This document shows, one piece after another, positions 1 to 7,659 of a stretch of 32,000 bases of DNA. How positions within the stretch are numbered: the stretch's first letter is position 1; each line of letters starts with the position of its first letter. The DNA is from Bacillus subtilis subsp. subtilis str. 168. Its GTDB lineage: Bacteria > Bacillota > Bacilli > Bacillales > Bacillaceae. The stretch covers positions 1,230,001 through 1,262,000 of the forward strand of contig NC_000964.3 in assembly GCF_000009045.1 (NCBI RefSeq), read 5' to 3'. The notes below the pieces were generated by a model that did not search any database, was not told the DNA's origin, and saw only the letters and a list, made by a program, of their open reading frames with translations. Position numbers and translations under genes: made by a program.

Positions 1-1
1 G

Positions 2-1036
2 AAGCTCGGACTTCAAAAAGCGCCGCATTTTGCCCATAAACAGAACAAGTCCTGCGCCATAGACATCGAGCCGGAAAGCGCCTACCACTTAGAAGGAAAA
101 AGACAGCTGTATGTATGGCTGAAAACGCAACGGGCTTCACCAATATTGGAGCCGTATATAAGGACAATCAACCAAAGACCGGACGTCATGGCAAGAATCA
201 AGGAGCATATGCTTGCTGTTGAATATCAATGCGCCACTATCGCTCCAGATGTCTTTCAAAAGCGGACAGAGGGCTTCAAACAAGAAGGAATCATCCCGCA
301 GTGGATTATGGGATACAGCCGCTTAAAACGGACTGCTTCGTCCTTTTATCAGCTTTCAACTTTTCATTGGCAGTTTATCAATGCAAGTCCATACAGAGAA
401 CTGATATGTTATTGTCCTGAAAGGCGTTCTTTTCTCCGGCTCAGCCACATCATTCCATTCTACACAAACCATTCTTATTCCTCAGTCCAAACGATCCCTA
501 TCCATCGGGCAGGTGCAGGCGATCTTTTTTTCACTGAACCGAAACCCTCAATTCAATATTCAGGCTGGACGAAAGCGATTCACCGTTTTCGCCATAAACC
601 CCATCGGTTTAACTCAAAGGAAACAAATCGCCTTAGGCTGCTGTTTTATGAGAAACGACAGACGCCTTTTTCTTTTCTGCCGACTGAAGTGTTTGTTCCT
701 GTTAGAAAAGGGGCAGTTTTTAAGAGTCCGGTTTTTGTGTGGCAGGGGTTTCTTTATTTGTTTATGACGGATCTTGGAGGTAAACGTGCGCCAATTCGTT
801 TTTCAGCCGTTTTGCAGCAGTGCAAACTGCACATTCATAATAAGAACATTGCACTCAGGTCCGAATGCAGCGAAGAGTGTCTTTCAGAAGCGGTTAAACA
901 GTATATTGATTTTTTGTGCAAGAAGGGATTTTTAAGGGAGACTCAGAAAGAAGTATATGTGCTGAATCAGCCTGCAGGAGGCATACACTCCATGCAGGAT
1001 CTCATAGAAAGAGACCGCAGCTGTTTTATAGAATGA
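2..1036 (+). CDS. coiA: Competence protein CoiA, 5'-truncated by the window edge
   Basis: Frame 2 is open from nt 2 (KLGLQKAPHFAHKQNKSCAIDIEPES...) and runs into the listed 146..1036 ORF. I recognise the HFAH motif and the overall sequence as CoiA/YjbF. It lies directly upstream of pepF with no terminator in the 46-nt gap. Confidence 0.8.
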   Translation, partial: KLGLQKAPHFAHKQNKSCAIDIEPESAYHLEGKRQLYVWLKTQRASPILEPYIRTINQRPDVMARIKEHMLAVEYQCATIAPDVFQKRTEGFKQEGIIPQWIMGYSRLKRTASSFYQLSTFHWQFINASPYRELICYCPERRSFLRLSHIIPFYTNHSYSSVQTIPIHRAGAGDLFFTEPKPSIQYSGWTKAIHRFRHKPHRFNSKETNRLRLLFYEKRQTPFSFLPTEVFVPVRKGAVFKSPVFVWQGFLYLFMTDLGGKRAPIRFSAVLQQCKLHIHNKNIALRSECSEECLSEAVKQYIDFLCKKGFLRETQKEVYVLNQPAGGIHSMQDLIERDRSCFIE

Positions 1037-1082
1037 GTTTGTCTTATTTGGCTCACCCTAAGACAAAGGTGGTGGGCAGGCT

Positions 1083-3095
1083 GTGAAAGGCACAAAAGGA
1101 AAGGTTTTTCGTGTTTTTACTGCTTTTTTGGCATTCGTTCTCTTCATTACTGCATATGATTTGACAAAAGGCAGTGAAAAACCGGAAGATATTCACAACA
1201 CAAGTTTATTGAGAAACAGCTGTTTTTTCAATTGGCTTGAATCAAAGAAGACGAGGGGGATCACCATGGCTGAGGAAAAAAAAGCAAACCAACTGCCTGA
1301 CAGAAGTGAGGTAAAGGCAGAAGACACATGGAGACTTGAGGATATTTTTCCTAGTGATGAGGCCTGGAATAAAGAATTTCAAGCTGTAAAAGAATTAATT
1401 CCGAATTTATCTAAGTATAAAGGAAAGCTGGCAGATTCAGCTGATCATTTATACGAGGCTCTTACGTATCAAGATAAAGTGATGGAGCGGCTAGGTAGGC
1501 TGTACACATATGCGCATATGCGCTCTGACCAGGATACTGGGAACTCCTTTTACCAGGGGCTGAATGACAAGGCGGGAAACCTGTATACACAGGCCGCAAG
1601 CGCGACAGCTTATTTGGTTCCGGAGATTTTATCCATAGAAGAAGACAAACTGCAGCAGTTCATTCTTGAAAAAGAAGAATTGAAGCTGTACTCTCATGCG
1701 ATTGAGGAGATTACAAAGGAACGTCCGCATGTGCTGAGCGAGAAGGAAGAGGCGCTGCTTGCTGAAGCCTCCGAGGTACTGGGGTCATCTTCAAATACAT
1801 TCAGCGTGTTAAATAACGCAGATATAACGTTTCCATCCATTAAAGACGAAGATGGGAATGAAAAACAGATCACTCACGGCAACTTTATTAATTTCTTGGA
1901 AAGTGAAAACCGTGAAGTCCGCAAAAATGCGTTTGACGCAGTGTATAAAACGTACGGACAATATAAAAACACAATGGCCACGACGCTAAGCGGCACTGTG
2001 AAAAAGGACAACTTCTACGCGAGAGTGAAAAAGTACAAGTCCGCGCGTGAGGCTGCGCTTTCTAACAACAGTATTCCTGAGGAAGTATACGATAACCTTG
2101 TTAAGACGATTAATAAGCATTTGCCGCTCCTGCACCGCTATATTGCGCTAAGAAAGAAAGTGCTTGAGCTTGATGAAGTGCATATCTATGACCTGTATAC
2201 ACCGCTTGTGAAAGATGCTGGGATGAAGGTGACATACGAGGAAGCCAAAGATTACATGCTGAAAGGCCTCGCACCTTTAGGGGAAGAATATGCCTCTATC
2301 CTAAAAGAAGGACTGGAAAACCGCTGGGTGGACGTTTACGAAAATAAAGGCAAACGCAATGGGGCTTATTCATCAGGAGCTTACGGCACGAATCCGTATA
2401 TTTTGATGAACTGGCATAATAACGTCAATAATCTCTTTACGCTCGTGCACGAGTTTGGACATTCCGTACACAGCTACTATACGAGAAAGCACCAGCCTTA
2501 TCCATACGGCAATTACAGCATCTTTGTCGCGGAAGTTGCCTCTACGACAAATGAAGCGCTCCTTGGCGAATATTTGCTGAACAATTTAGAGGATGAAAAA
2601 CAGCGCTTATATATTCTCAACCATATGCTTGAGGGCTTCAGGGGAACGGTCTTCAGACAAACGATGTTCGCTGAATTTGAACATCTGATTCATACAAAGG
2701 CGCAAGAAGGCGAGCCGCTTACACCTGAGCTTCTGACAAATGTCTATTACGACCTGAATAAAAAGTATTTTGGAGACGGCATGGTGATTGATAAGGAAAT
2801 CGGCCTTGAATGGTCGCGTATTCCGCACTTCTATTACAATTACTATGTGTATCAGTATGCGACAGGTTACAGCGCTGCCCAAGCATTAAGCAGCCAGATT
2901 TTGAAGGAAGGAAAGCCGGCGGTTGACCGTTATATTGACTTCCTGAAAGCGGGAAGCTCACAATACCCGATTGATGTCCTGAAAAAAGCGGGTGTTGATA
3001 TGACGTCTCCAGAGCCAATCGAAGCCGCGTGCAAAATGTTTGAAGAAAAACTTGATGAAATGGAAGAGCTGCTGATGAAAGTCAAGCAGTCTTAA
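1083..3095 (+). CDS. pepF: Oligoendopeptidase F (M3B zinc metallopeptidase)
   Basis: 670-aa ORF with the zinc motif VHEFGHSVH. The GTG start at 1083 has the SD AAAGGTGGTG 7 nt upstream. An alternative in-frame ATG at 1266 has the SD GAGGGGGA 5 nt upstream (see findings). Confidence 0.92.
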   Translation: MKGTKGKVFRVFTAFLAFVLFITAYDLTKGSEKPEDIHNTSLLRNSCFFNWLESKKTRGITMAEEKKANQLPDRSEVKAEDTWRLEDIFPSDEAWNKEFQAVKELIPNLSKYKGKLADSADHLYEALTYQDKVMERLGRLYTYAHMRSDQDTGNSFYQGLNDKAGNLYTQAASATAYLVPEILSIEEDKLQQFILEKEELKLYSHAIEEITKERPHVLSEKEEALLAEASEVLGSSSNTFSVLNNADITFPSIKDEDGNEKQITHGNFINFLESENREVRKNAFDAVYKTYGQYKNTMATTLSGTVKKDNFYARVKKYKSAREAALSNNSIPEEVYDNLVKTINKHLPLLHRYIALRKKVLELDEVHIYDLYTPLVKDAGMKVTYEEAKDYMLKGLAPLGEEYASILKEGLENRWVDVYENKGKRNGAYSSGAYGTNPYILMNWHNNVNNLFTLVHEFGHSVHSYYTRKHQPYPYGNYSIFVAEVASTTNEALLGEYLLNNLEDEKQRLYILNHMLEGFRGTVFRQTMFAEFEHLIHTKAQEGEPLTPELLTNVYYDLNKKYFGDGMVIDKEIGLEWSRIPHFYYNYYVYQYATGYSAAQALSSQILKEGKPAVDRYIDFLKAGSSQYPIDVLKKAGVDMTSPEPIEAACKMFEEKLDEMEELLMKVKQS

Positions 3096-3101
3096 AAAAG
3101 T

Positions 3102-3134
3102 AAGCCTGTGCGGAAATGACGCACAGGCTTTTTT
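3102..3134. terminator. Bidirectional intrinsic terminator shared by pepF (+) and yizD (-)
   Basis: Stem AAGCCTGTGCG / CGCACAGGCTT with loop GAAATGA. It is followed by a T-run on the + strand and preceded by an A-run, which gives a T-run on the - strand. Confidence 0.8.
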
Positions 3135-3300
3135 AAAACCCTTTAAAGGTTTTCCGGTGATTCAAGCGGTAGAGGGTAAACAAAATAGACAGAAACAGCA
3201 GAGGAGAGGTAATATAAAGCGGCAGCATATGCATCATGCCTAAGATATTCAAGCAGAAAAAAACAGCAATGCACACAATTGAGATCAAAGTAGACATCAT
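3133..3300 (-). CDS. yizD: 55-aa hydrophobic small membrane protein (below the ORF-track cutoff)
   Basis: Hand translation gives MMSTLISIVCIAVFFCLNILGMMHMLPLYITSPLLFLSILFTLYRLNHRKTFKGF*. The SD GAGGAGGA lies at 3304-3311 and there are two hydrophobic segments. The symbol is assigned from remembered gene order, so it is less certain than the ORF itself. Confidence 0.6.
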   Translation of the reverse strand: MMSTLISIVCIAVFFCLNILGMMHMLPLYITSPLLFLSILFTLYRLNHRKTFKGF

Positions 3301-3392
3301 GGCGGTCCTCCTCGTCCTTTTTCCTTATAAGGATATGAGTGAATGCACTTCGTTATGTTTTGTGACAAAAATATGAACATTAAGCATAGAGG

Positions 3393-3422
3393 TTGTCAAA
3401 AGTCGACATCTTTTGTTATCAT
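3393..3422 (+). promoter_or_regulatory. SigmaA-type promoter of roxS
   Basis: TTGTCA (3393-3398), an 18-nt spacer and TATCAT (3417-3422), with an extended -10 TG at 3414-3415. Confidence 0.55.
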
Positions 3423-3427
3423 AAGGA

Positions 3428-3443
3428 TGTGAAATTGATCACA
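3428..3443 (+). promoter_or_regulatory. Rex-type operator (TGTGA-N6-TCACA) overlapping the roxS transcription start
   Basis: The sequence aTGTGAAATTGATCACAA matches the Rex box consensus TTGTGAA-N4-TTCACAA at 16 of 18 positions. It sits 6 nt downstream of the -10 element. Confidence 0.5.
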
Positions 3444-3546
3444 AACAAACATTACCCCTTTGTTTGACCGTGAAAAATTTCTCCCATCCCCTTTGTTGTC
3501 GTTAAGACATATGAAACCGCGCTTATCCCGGCGCGGTTTCTTTAGT
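3431..3546 (+). ncRNA. roxS: RoxS (RsaE family) small regulatory RNA, about 115 nt
   Basis: C-rich motifs typical of RsaE are present: ACCCCUUUGUUUGA (3454-3467) and CUCCCAUCCCCUUUGUUG (3481-3498), with a further CCC in the terminator loop. The terminator stem is GAAACCGCGC/GCGCGGTTTC (3513-3540) followed by TTT. The 5' end is estimated from the promoter, give or take 3 nt. Confidence 0.8.
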
Positions 3547-3613
3547 GCTAAAAATGGAACGTACGTTTGGTTATGGCATAAAAAAACAGCCTCAAGCATA
3601 TGCACGCCTGCGG

Positions 3614-4513
3614 CTATTTTTCACATGATTGATATTCATCAGAATAAGTGCTGAGAGACTTCCAAAACATTCCGTGTTTGGCTTCCACTTTGGCAACCTT
3701 TTTAGCAAACGCCAGTTTTTTCATTTCTTTTTCTACCTCTTCAAGGCTCAGGTCATATACAAGAGCAATTTCCTTCGAGGCAACGAAGCGGAAATATTCA
3801 ATAAAACATTCTAAAGGCGGTGTTTCCGACGGCTTCGGCTCGTCGCCAAGCATCTCAAATAAAATTTCTTCATATACATCATATGAGTAGCTGCCAGGAA
3901 CTTTAAGCCCTTCATCCTCATGCTGCGTATTAAAAAACGTCAGTGTCGGATTAACAGAAACATCCATCTCGGCAGCAATTTTCATGTCACATTGAAGCGC
4001 CTTGACCGCGCTTTGAGAATGCAGATCTTTTTTGAATTCTTCAAGATCGAGACTTGTATTTTCAGCAATCTCCAAAAGCACGTTTTCATCCGTAATATTT
4101 TTCTTTGAAACAAATAGGCTCTCCTGCATATTTCTGAGAAATTGCATGCCGGCTTTTCGTCCTTGCAGTTCGGCTGCTTTAAAAGCGAGAGCAGCCATAT
4201 AAGGCGATGAAAGCGGCTGATCCTGTTCGAACCAGACATTGCCGTCACATGACATGCCAGAGCGGCTCGCGATCTTTTCCCATGCTTCTGCGAGAAGATG
4301 CTTTTTTCGCTTTTTATTTAAAGCGGTAAGGCTTGCGGAAGCGATAATGCGTAAGGTGAAAAAACGTCCGTATCTGATTTTCAGCTTTTTGATGACGGGC
4401 TCTAAGGACCAGCATTCAGGACATAAAGGGTCTACAAACATATAAATTTCAAGCGGTTTTTTTGGATGACCGTGGCAATGGGCGAAGTATAGCTCATGCT
4501 GATAGTTTGTCAA
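3614..4513 (-). CDS. yjbH: ClpXP adaptor for Spx degradation, DsbA-like thioredoxin-fold protein
   Basis: 299-aa ORF with a His/Cys-rich N-terminus (HCHGH) and the CxxC motif DPLCPECW. The TTG start overlaps the yjbI stop by 4 nt (TTGA). The SD GGAGGA lies 9 nt upstream. Confidence 0.9.
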   Translation of the reverse strand: MTNYQHELYFAHCHGHPKKPLEIYMFVDPLCPECWSLEPVIKKLKIRYGRFFTLRIIASASLTALNKKRKKHLLAEAWEKIASRSGMSCDGNVWFEQDQPLSSPYMAALAFKAAELQGRKAGMQFLRNMQESLFVSKKNITDENVLLEIAENTSLDLEEFKKDLHSQSAVKALQCDMKIAAEMDVSVNPTLTFFNTQHEDEGLKVPGSYSYDVYEEILFEMLGDEPKPSETPPLECFIEYFRFVASKEIALVYDLSLEEVEKEMKKLAFAKKVAKVEAKHGMFWKSLSTYSDEYQSCEK

Positions 4514-4908
4514 GATGATCGATCCTCCGCTTCCGTTTGATTCACCATATGCCTTGCTGTCAACTCCAGCCGGCCAAACAAAAACTCACGAATTTCGCCC
4601 TCCAGCCCTACATGGTCCATTGCGTCCTTCATACAGCTGAGCCACGCATCAGCTCTCTCGTTTGTAATTGGAAAGGGAAGATGCCTTGCTCTGAGCATAG
4701 GATGGCCGTGTTCCTCAGTATAAAGAGGAGGCCCGCCTAAATACTGAGTTAAGAATTGCTTCTGTTTCCTGGCGGTTTCTGTCAAATCGCTTGGAAAAAT
4801 CGGCTTCAGCAAAGGATGAGACGCGACACGCTCATAAAAAGTATCAACAAGTTGCGATAGAAGTTCCTCTCCAATCGCTTCATAAGGTGCGTTAAACGAT
4901 TGTCCCAT
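4510..4908 (-). CDS. yjbI: Group-II truncated haemoglobin
   Basis: 132-aa ORF with a truncated-globin fold signature (FYERV..HP.L.PIF..). The SD AAAGGAG lies upstream. It is translationally coupled to yjbH. Confidence 0.9.
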   Translation of the reverse strand: MGQSFNAPYEAIGEELLSQLVDTFYERVASHPLLKPIFPSDLTETARKQKQFLTQYLGGPPLYTEEHGHPMLRARHLPFPITNERADAWLSCMKDAMDHVGLEGEIREFLFGRLELTARHMVNQTEAEDRSS

Positions 4909-5131
4909 GTTGACTACTCCTTTAAATATGGCTAATAGGAATCATAAATCCTATTGCAAAAAGTAATTTTCTGTATTTCATTGTTTCATCTAGATTTATT
5001 TTAGCAACAAGGCATCATTTCTACAAACAAACTGCCTTTTATGCGTTTGATGACTCATTTCGGCTGACAGCCGGGGTTTGTATTTCATATCATATCACAT
5101 AAAAATCAGGAATGCGTAAGATTTCACTTCG

Positions 5132-5164
5132 CAAAAAAACCAGAGGGAAAGAGCACCTCTGGTT
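5132..5164 (-). terminator. Intrinsic terminator of yjbJ
   Basis: On the - strand: AACCAGAGG, a 9-nt loop, CCTCTGGTT and then TTTTTTT. The hairpin includes two bases of the yjbJ stop codon. Confidence 0.8.
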
Positions 5165-5897
5165 ACGCGTAATAAACTGAAGTTATTTTTTTTACATAGT
5201 TTTGCGTTTCTTGGAAAGGAGGAATGCCTCCGTATCGGTCAACATTCCCCGGTCCGGCGTTGTAAGCCGCTAATGCCATAGACACATTGCCGTCGTATTT
5301 ATCCAGCATTTGTTTTAAATATTTCGTTCCGCCCTCCACATTTTGCTGCGGATCAAGCGGATTGGAAACGCCAAGTGAGCTTGCTGTTGACGGCATCAGC
5401 TGCATGAGGCCCATCGCACCTGCTCCGCTGACCGCTTTTGCATTAAAGCCTGATTCCTGTTTGATGACGGCGCGGATCAGTTTTTCATCAACGCCATATT
5501 TATCAGCGGCTTTTTTAATCGCACTGTCAATAGAGAAGTCTCCCGAACGGATCTGATTTGCTTCATGTTTGTTTGAAGCTGAATCTGCAACAGCTGTTTC
5601 AGTGCTTTCTGCCGCTTTTGTGACTGAACCTGAATTGCTGCTCGTATATGAGTTAAGCCCATACGCTGAAAGCAGTGACGGCGCTGTTGTATTCGCGCTG
5701 TTCAGCATGCTGAGCGGGCTTGGCGATGAAGAAGGTGCTGATTGCTGAGATGTCAGACCGTTTGTATATTGGCTGAGCAAAGAACTGAAACTTGAAAGCG
5801 GGCTTTCCGTATTCTGAGTGTCCGAGCTGCTGCGTGCATTAGATATGGACTGTAATGCCTGAAGCTGAAGTAATGCTGCCCAATTCGTTACATTCAC
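5163..5897 (-). CDS. yjbJ: Lytic transglycosylase / muramidase (SLT domain)
   Basis: The SLT catalytic region is present ([25 protein letters not shown]). The GTG start at 5897 has the SD AAGGTGG 9 nt upstream. As I recall, the reference annotation (also called cwlQ) uses the internal Met at 5708 to give 181 aa, but that Met has no SD. Confidence 0.85.
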   Translation of the reverse strand: MNVTNWAALLQLQALQSISNARSSSDTQNTESPLSSFSSLLSQYTNGLTSQQSAPSSSPSPLSMLNSANTTAPSLLSAYGLNSYTSSNSGSVTKAAESTETAVADSASNKHEANQIRSGDFSIDSAIKKAADKYGVDEKLIRAVIKQESGFNAKAVSGAGAMGLMQLMPSTASSLGVSNPLDPQQNVEGGTKYLKQMLDKYDGNVSMALAAYNAGPGNVDRYGGIPPFQETQNYVKKITSVYYA

Positions 5898-5911
5898 GAT
5901 GTCATTCCACC

Positions 5912-6484
5912 TTATATAGACTTTCGTTTTTCTTCATAAAAACGCAGAATTTTATTTTTGGTTTCGCGCTGAGGAATGCTGAATTGCTGAAGCAGCTTTT
6001 CGAAGGCTTGTCTGCCCTCATGCCAATCCGCCGCCTCAAATTCAATTTCATAGTCCTCTTTATTTAAATATCGGCTGTGGTCTAAAACTATTAAGCCTTT
6101 TTCTGTTTCTTTTTCCGCACGGTTTGTTGCTAAAGATCCAAAGTATTGTATGGCATCCGTATCGATCTGAAGCTTGTGCAGCTGGTCCTTCACAGGGCCC
6201 TCGGGAACTGAAAATCCAGCGAGATCTGATACCTCTGAAAGCTGCTGGTGCGTTTCCAGAAGCCCCACATCAGCCGGCTCCTTTAATGTAAGGACATACT
6301 TTCCGTTTTTTCTGCGGATACGAAGCGCAGCATGTTTTTGTTTCAGCGCGAAGCTGTCTGTATCAAAATAATGATTCTTTTGATCTGTAAAATCTTTTTC
6401 TGTCAGCTGGAGTGCCGATGCTATGTTTTTGAATTCTTGTTTGGTCAGCATGTTTTTAAATTCGATTTCAATCTCTTGGCTCAT
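5912..6484 (-). CDS. yjbK: CYTH-domain protein (triphosphate tunnel metalloenzyme family)
   Basis: 190-aa ORF with the N-terminal ExExK signature ([10 protein letters not shown]). Confidence 0.85.
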   Translation of the reverse strand: MSQEIEIEFKNMLTKQEFKNIASALQLTEKDFTDQKNHYFDTDSFALKQKHAALRIRRKNGKYVLTLKEPADVGLLETHQQLSEVSDLAGFSVPEGPVKDQLHKLQIDTDAIQYFGSLATNRAEKETEKGLIVLDHSRYLNKEDYEIEFEAADWHEGRQAFEKLLQQFSIPQRETKNKILRFYEEKRKSI

Positions 6485-6523
6485 GATGCTCTTCCTTTCC
6501 GCCCTGTAAATCTTATTTTTACT

Positions 6524-6575
6524 ATTATCTCTTTAGATGTTAGGTTTATCAATATCGAGCTCGATATGATAAAAT
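6524..6575. promoter_or_regulatory. Back-to-back divergent promoters of yjbK (-) and yjbL (+) with an embedded 16-bp palindrome
   Basis: On the - strand: TTGATA (6547-6552), a 17-nt spacer and GATAAT (6524-6529). On the + strand: an extended -10 TGaTAAAAT (6567-6575) with a weak -35. The perfect palindrome ATATCGAGCTCGATAT occupies 6552-6567. Confidence 0.4.
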
Positions 6576-6608
6576 GAATCTGTACTTTGTTTAAAAAAGG
6601 AGAGCATT

Positions 6609-6977
6609 ATGCAAAACAGAATCGAAATTTTGAATGCAACATTATCGGATGATCAGCTTCGCCTTGCCTGTCAGACAGAAGGAAACGAAGCGGAACGCAA
6701 GCCGTCAGGTCAAATGCTTGTTGATTCTGACCACTTTGCTTTTGTATACATACTTGAATTAGCTGATTCTTTTGAATATGTCATTATAAAGGAACATGTA
6801 TGGCCGGAACTGAAGCAGGCCCATGCACAAAAAATACCGGTTGTTTTAGAGGCAGGAGACCAAACAATTGAACTGGCAGGCCTGCATGAGGAGCTGGAAT
6901 ATCTTTTAGAAAATATAAAAGATAATGCAAACTATGGAGAAGAAATGGAAGAAAAAGTGAAACGCGTGTTTTTATAG
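6609..6977 (+). CDS. yjbL: Conserved protein of unknown function
   Basis: 122-aa ORF with the SD AAGGAGAG upstream. It lies 28 nt upstream of the preferred yjbM start at 7006. Confidence 0.8.
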   Translation: MQNRIEILNATLSDDQLRLACQTEGNEAERKPSGQMLVDSDHFAFVYILELADSFEYVIIKEHVWPELKQAHAQKIPVVLEAGDQTIELAGLHEELEYLLENIKDNANYGEEMEEKVKRVFL

Positions 6978-7005
6978 AAACTGGTTCGGAATTGGGGGAT
7001 GTATG

Positions 7006-7641
7006 ATGGATGACAAACAATGGGAGCGTTTTTTAGTGCCGTACCGCCAGGCTGTCGAAGAGTTGAAAGTGAAGCTCAAGGGGATCCGCACACTATATGA
7101 ATACGAGGACGACCATTCACCGATCGAATTTGTGACCGGACGCGTCAAGCCTGTGGCGAGCATACTTGAAAAAGCGAGACGGAAAAGCATACCGCTGCAT
7201 GAAATTGAAACCATGCAGGACATTGCTGGCCTTAGAATCATGTGCCAATTTGTCGATGACATCCAAATCGTAAAAGAGATGCTTTTTGCCAGAAAAGATT
7301 TCACCGTTGTGGATCAGAGGGATTATATTGCGGAACATAAAGAGAGCGGATACCGATCATACCATCTTGTTGTGCTGTACCCTTTGCAGACGGTATCCGG
7401 AGAAAAGCATGTTCTCGTAGAAATACAGATCCGTACACTGGCGATGAATTTTTGGGCGACCATTGAACATTCATTGAATTATAAATACAGCGGAAACATT
7501 CCTGAAAAAGTAAAACTAAGGCTTCAGCGCGCTTCTGAAGCGGCTTCCCGGCTTGATGAAGAGATGTCGGAGATCAGGGGTGAAGTACAGGAAGCTCAAG
7601 CTGCCTTTTCAAGAAAGAAAAAAGGAAGCGAGCAACAATAG
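7006..7641 (+). CDS. yjbM: Small alarmone synthetase (RelQ/SAS1 type (p)ppGpp synthetase)
   Basis: RelA/SpoT synthetase motifs are present (GRVKPVASILEKARRK, DIAGLRIMC, SGYRSYHLVV, EIQIRTLAMNFWA). The second ATG at 7006 is preferred because the SD GGGGGA (6994-6999) is only 3 nt from the ATG at 7003. Confidence 0.92.
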   Translation: MDDKQWERFLVPYRQAVEELKVKLKGIRTLYEYEDDHSPIEFVTGRVKPVASILEKARRKSIPLHEIETMQDIAGLRIMCQFVDDIQIVKEMLFARKDFTVVDQRDYIAEHKESGYRSYHLVVLYPLQTVSGEKHVLVEIQIRTLAMNFWATIEHSLNYKYSGNIPEKVKLRLQRASEAASRLDEEMSEIRGEVQEAQAAFSRKKKGSEQQ

Positions 7642-7659
7642 GTAAAGGGGAAGAAGAGC

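Noticed and set aside
3361-3381. A possible second Rex box, TGTGACAAAAATATGAACA, upstream of the roxS promoter
   Set aside because: Only the left half-site (TGTGA) matches. The right half is TGAAC rather than TCACA, so this is not convincing without binding data.
3396-3654. ORF-track entries 3396..3605 (-) and 3460..3654 (+) in the yizD-yjbH gap
   Set aside because: Neither has an SD, and both overlap the roxS promoter, body and terminator. The region is better explained as the RoxS sRNA.
6972-7338. Antisense ORFs (110 and 73 aa) opposite yjbM
   Set aside because: They lie inside the strongly supported alarmone-synthetase CDS and have no translation signals.
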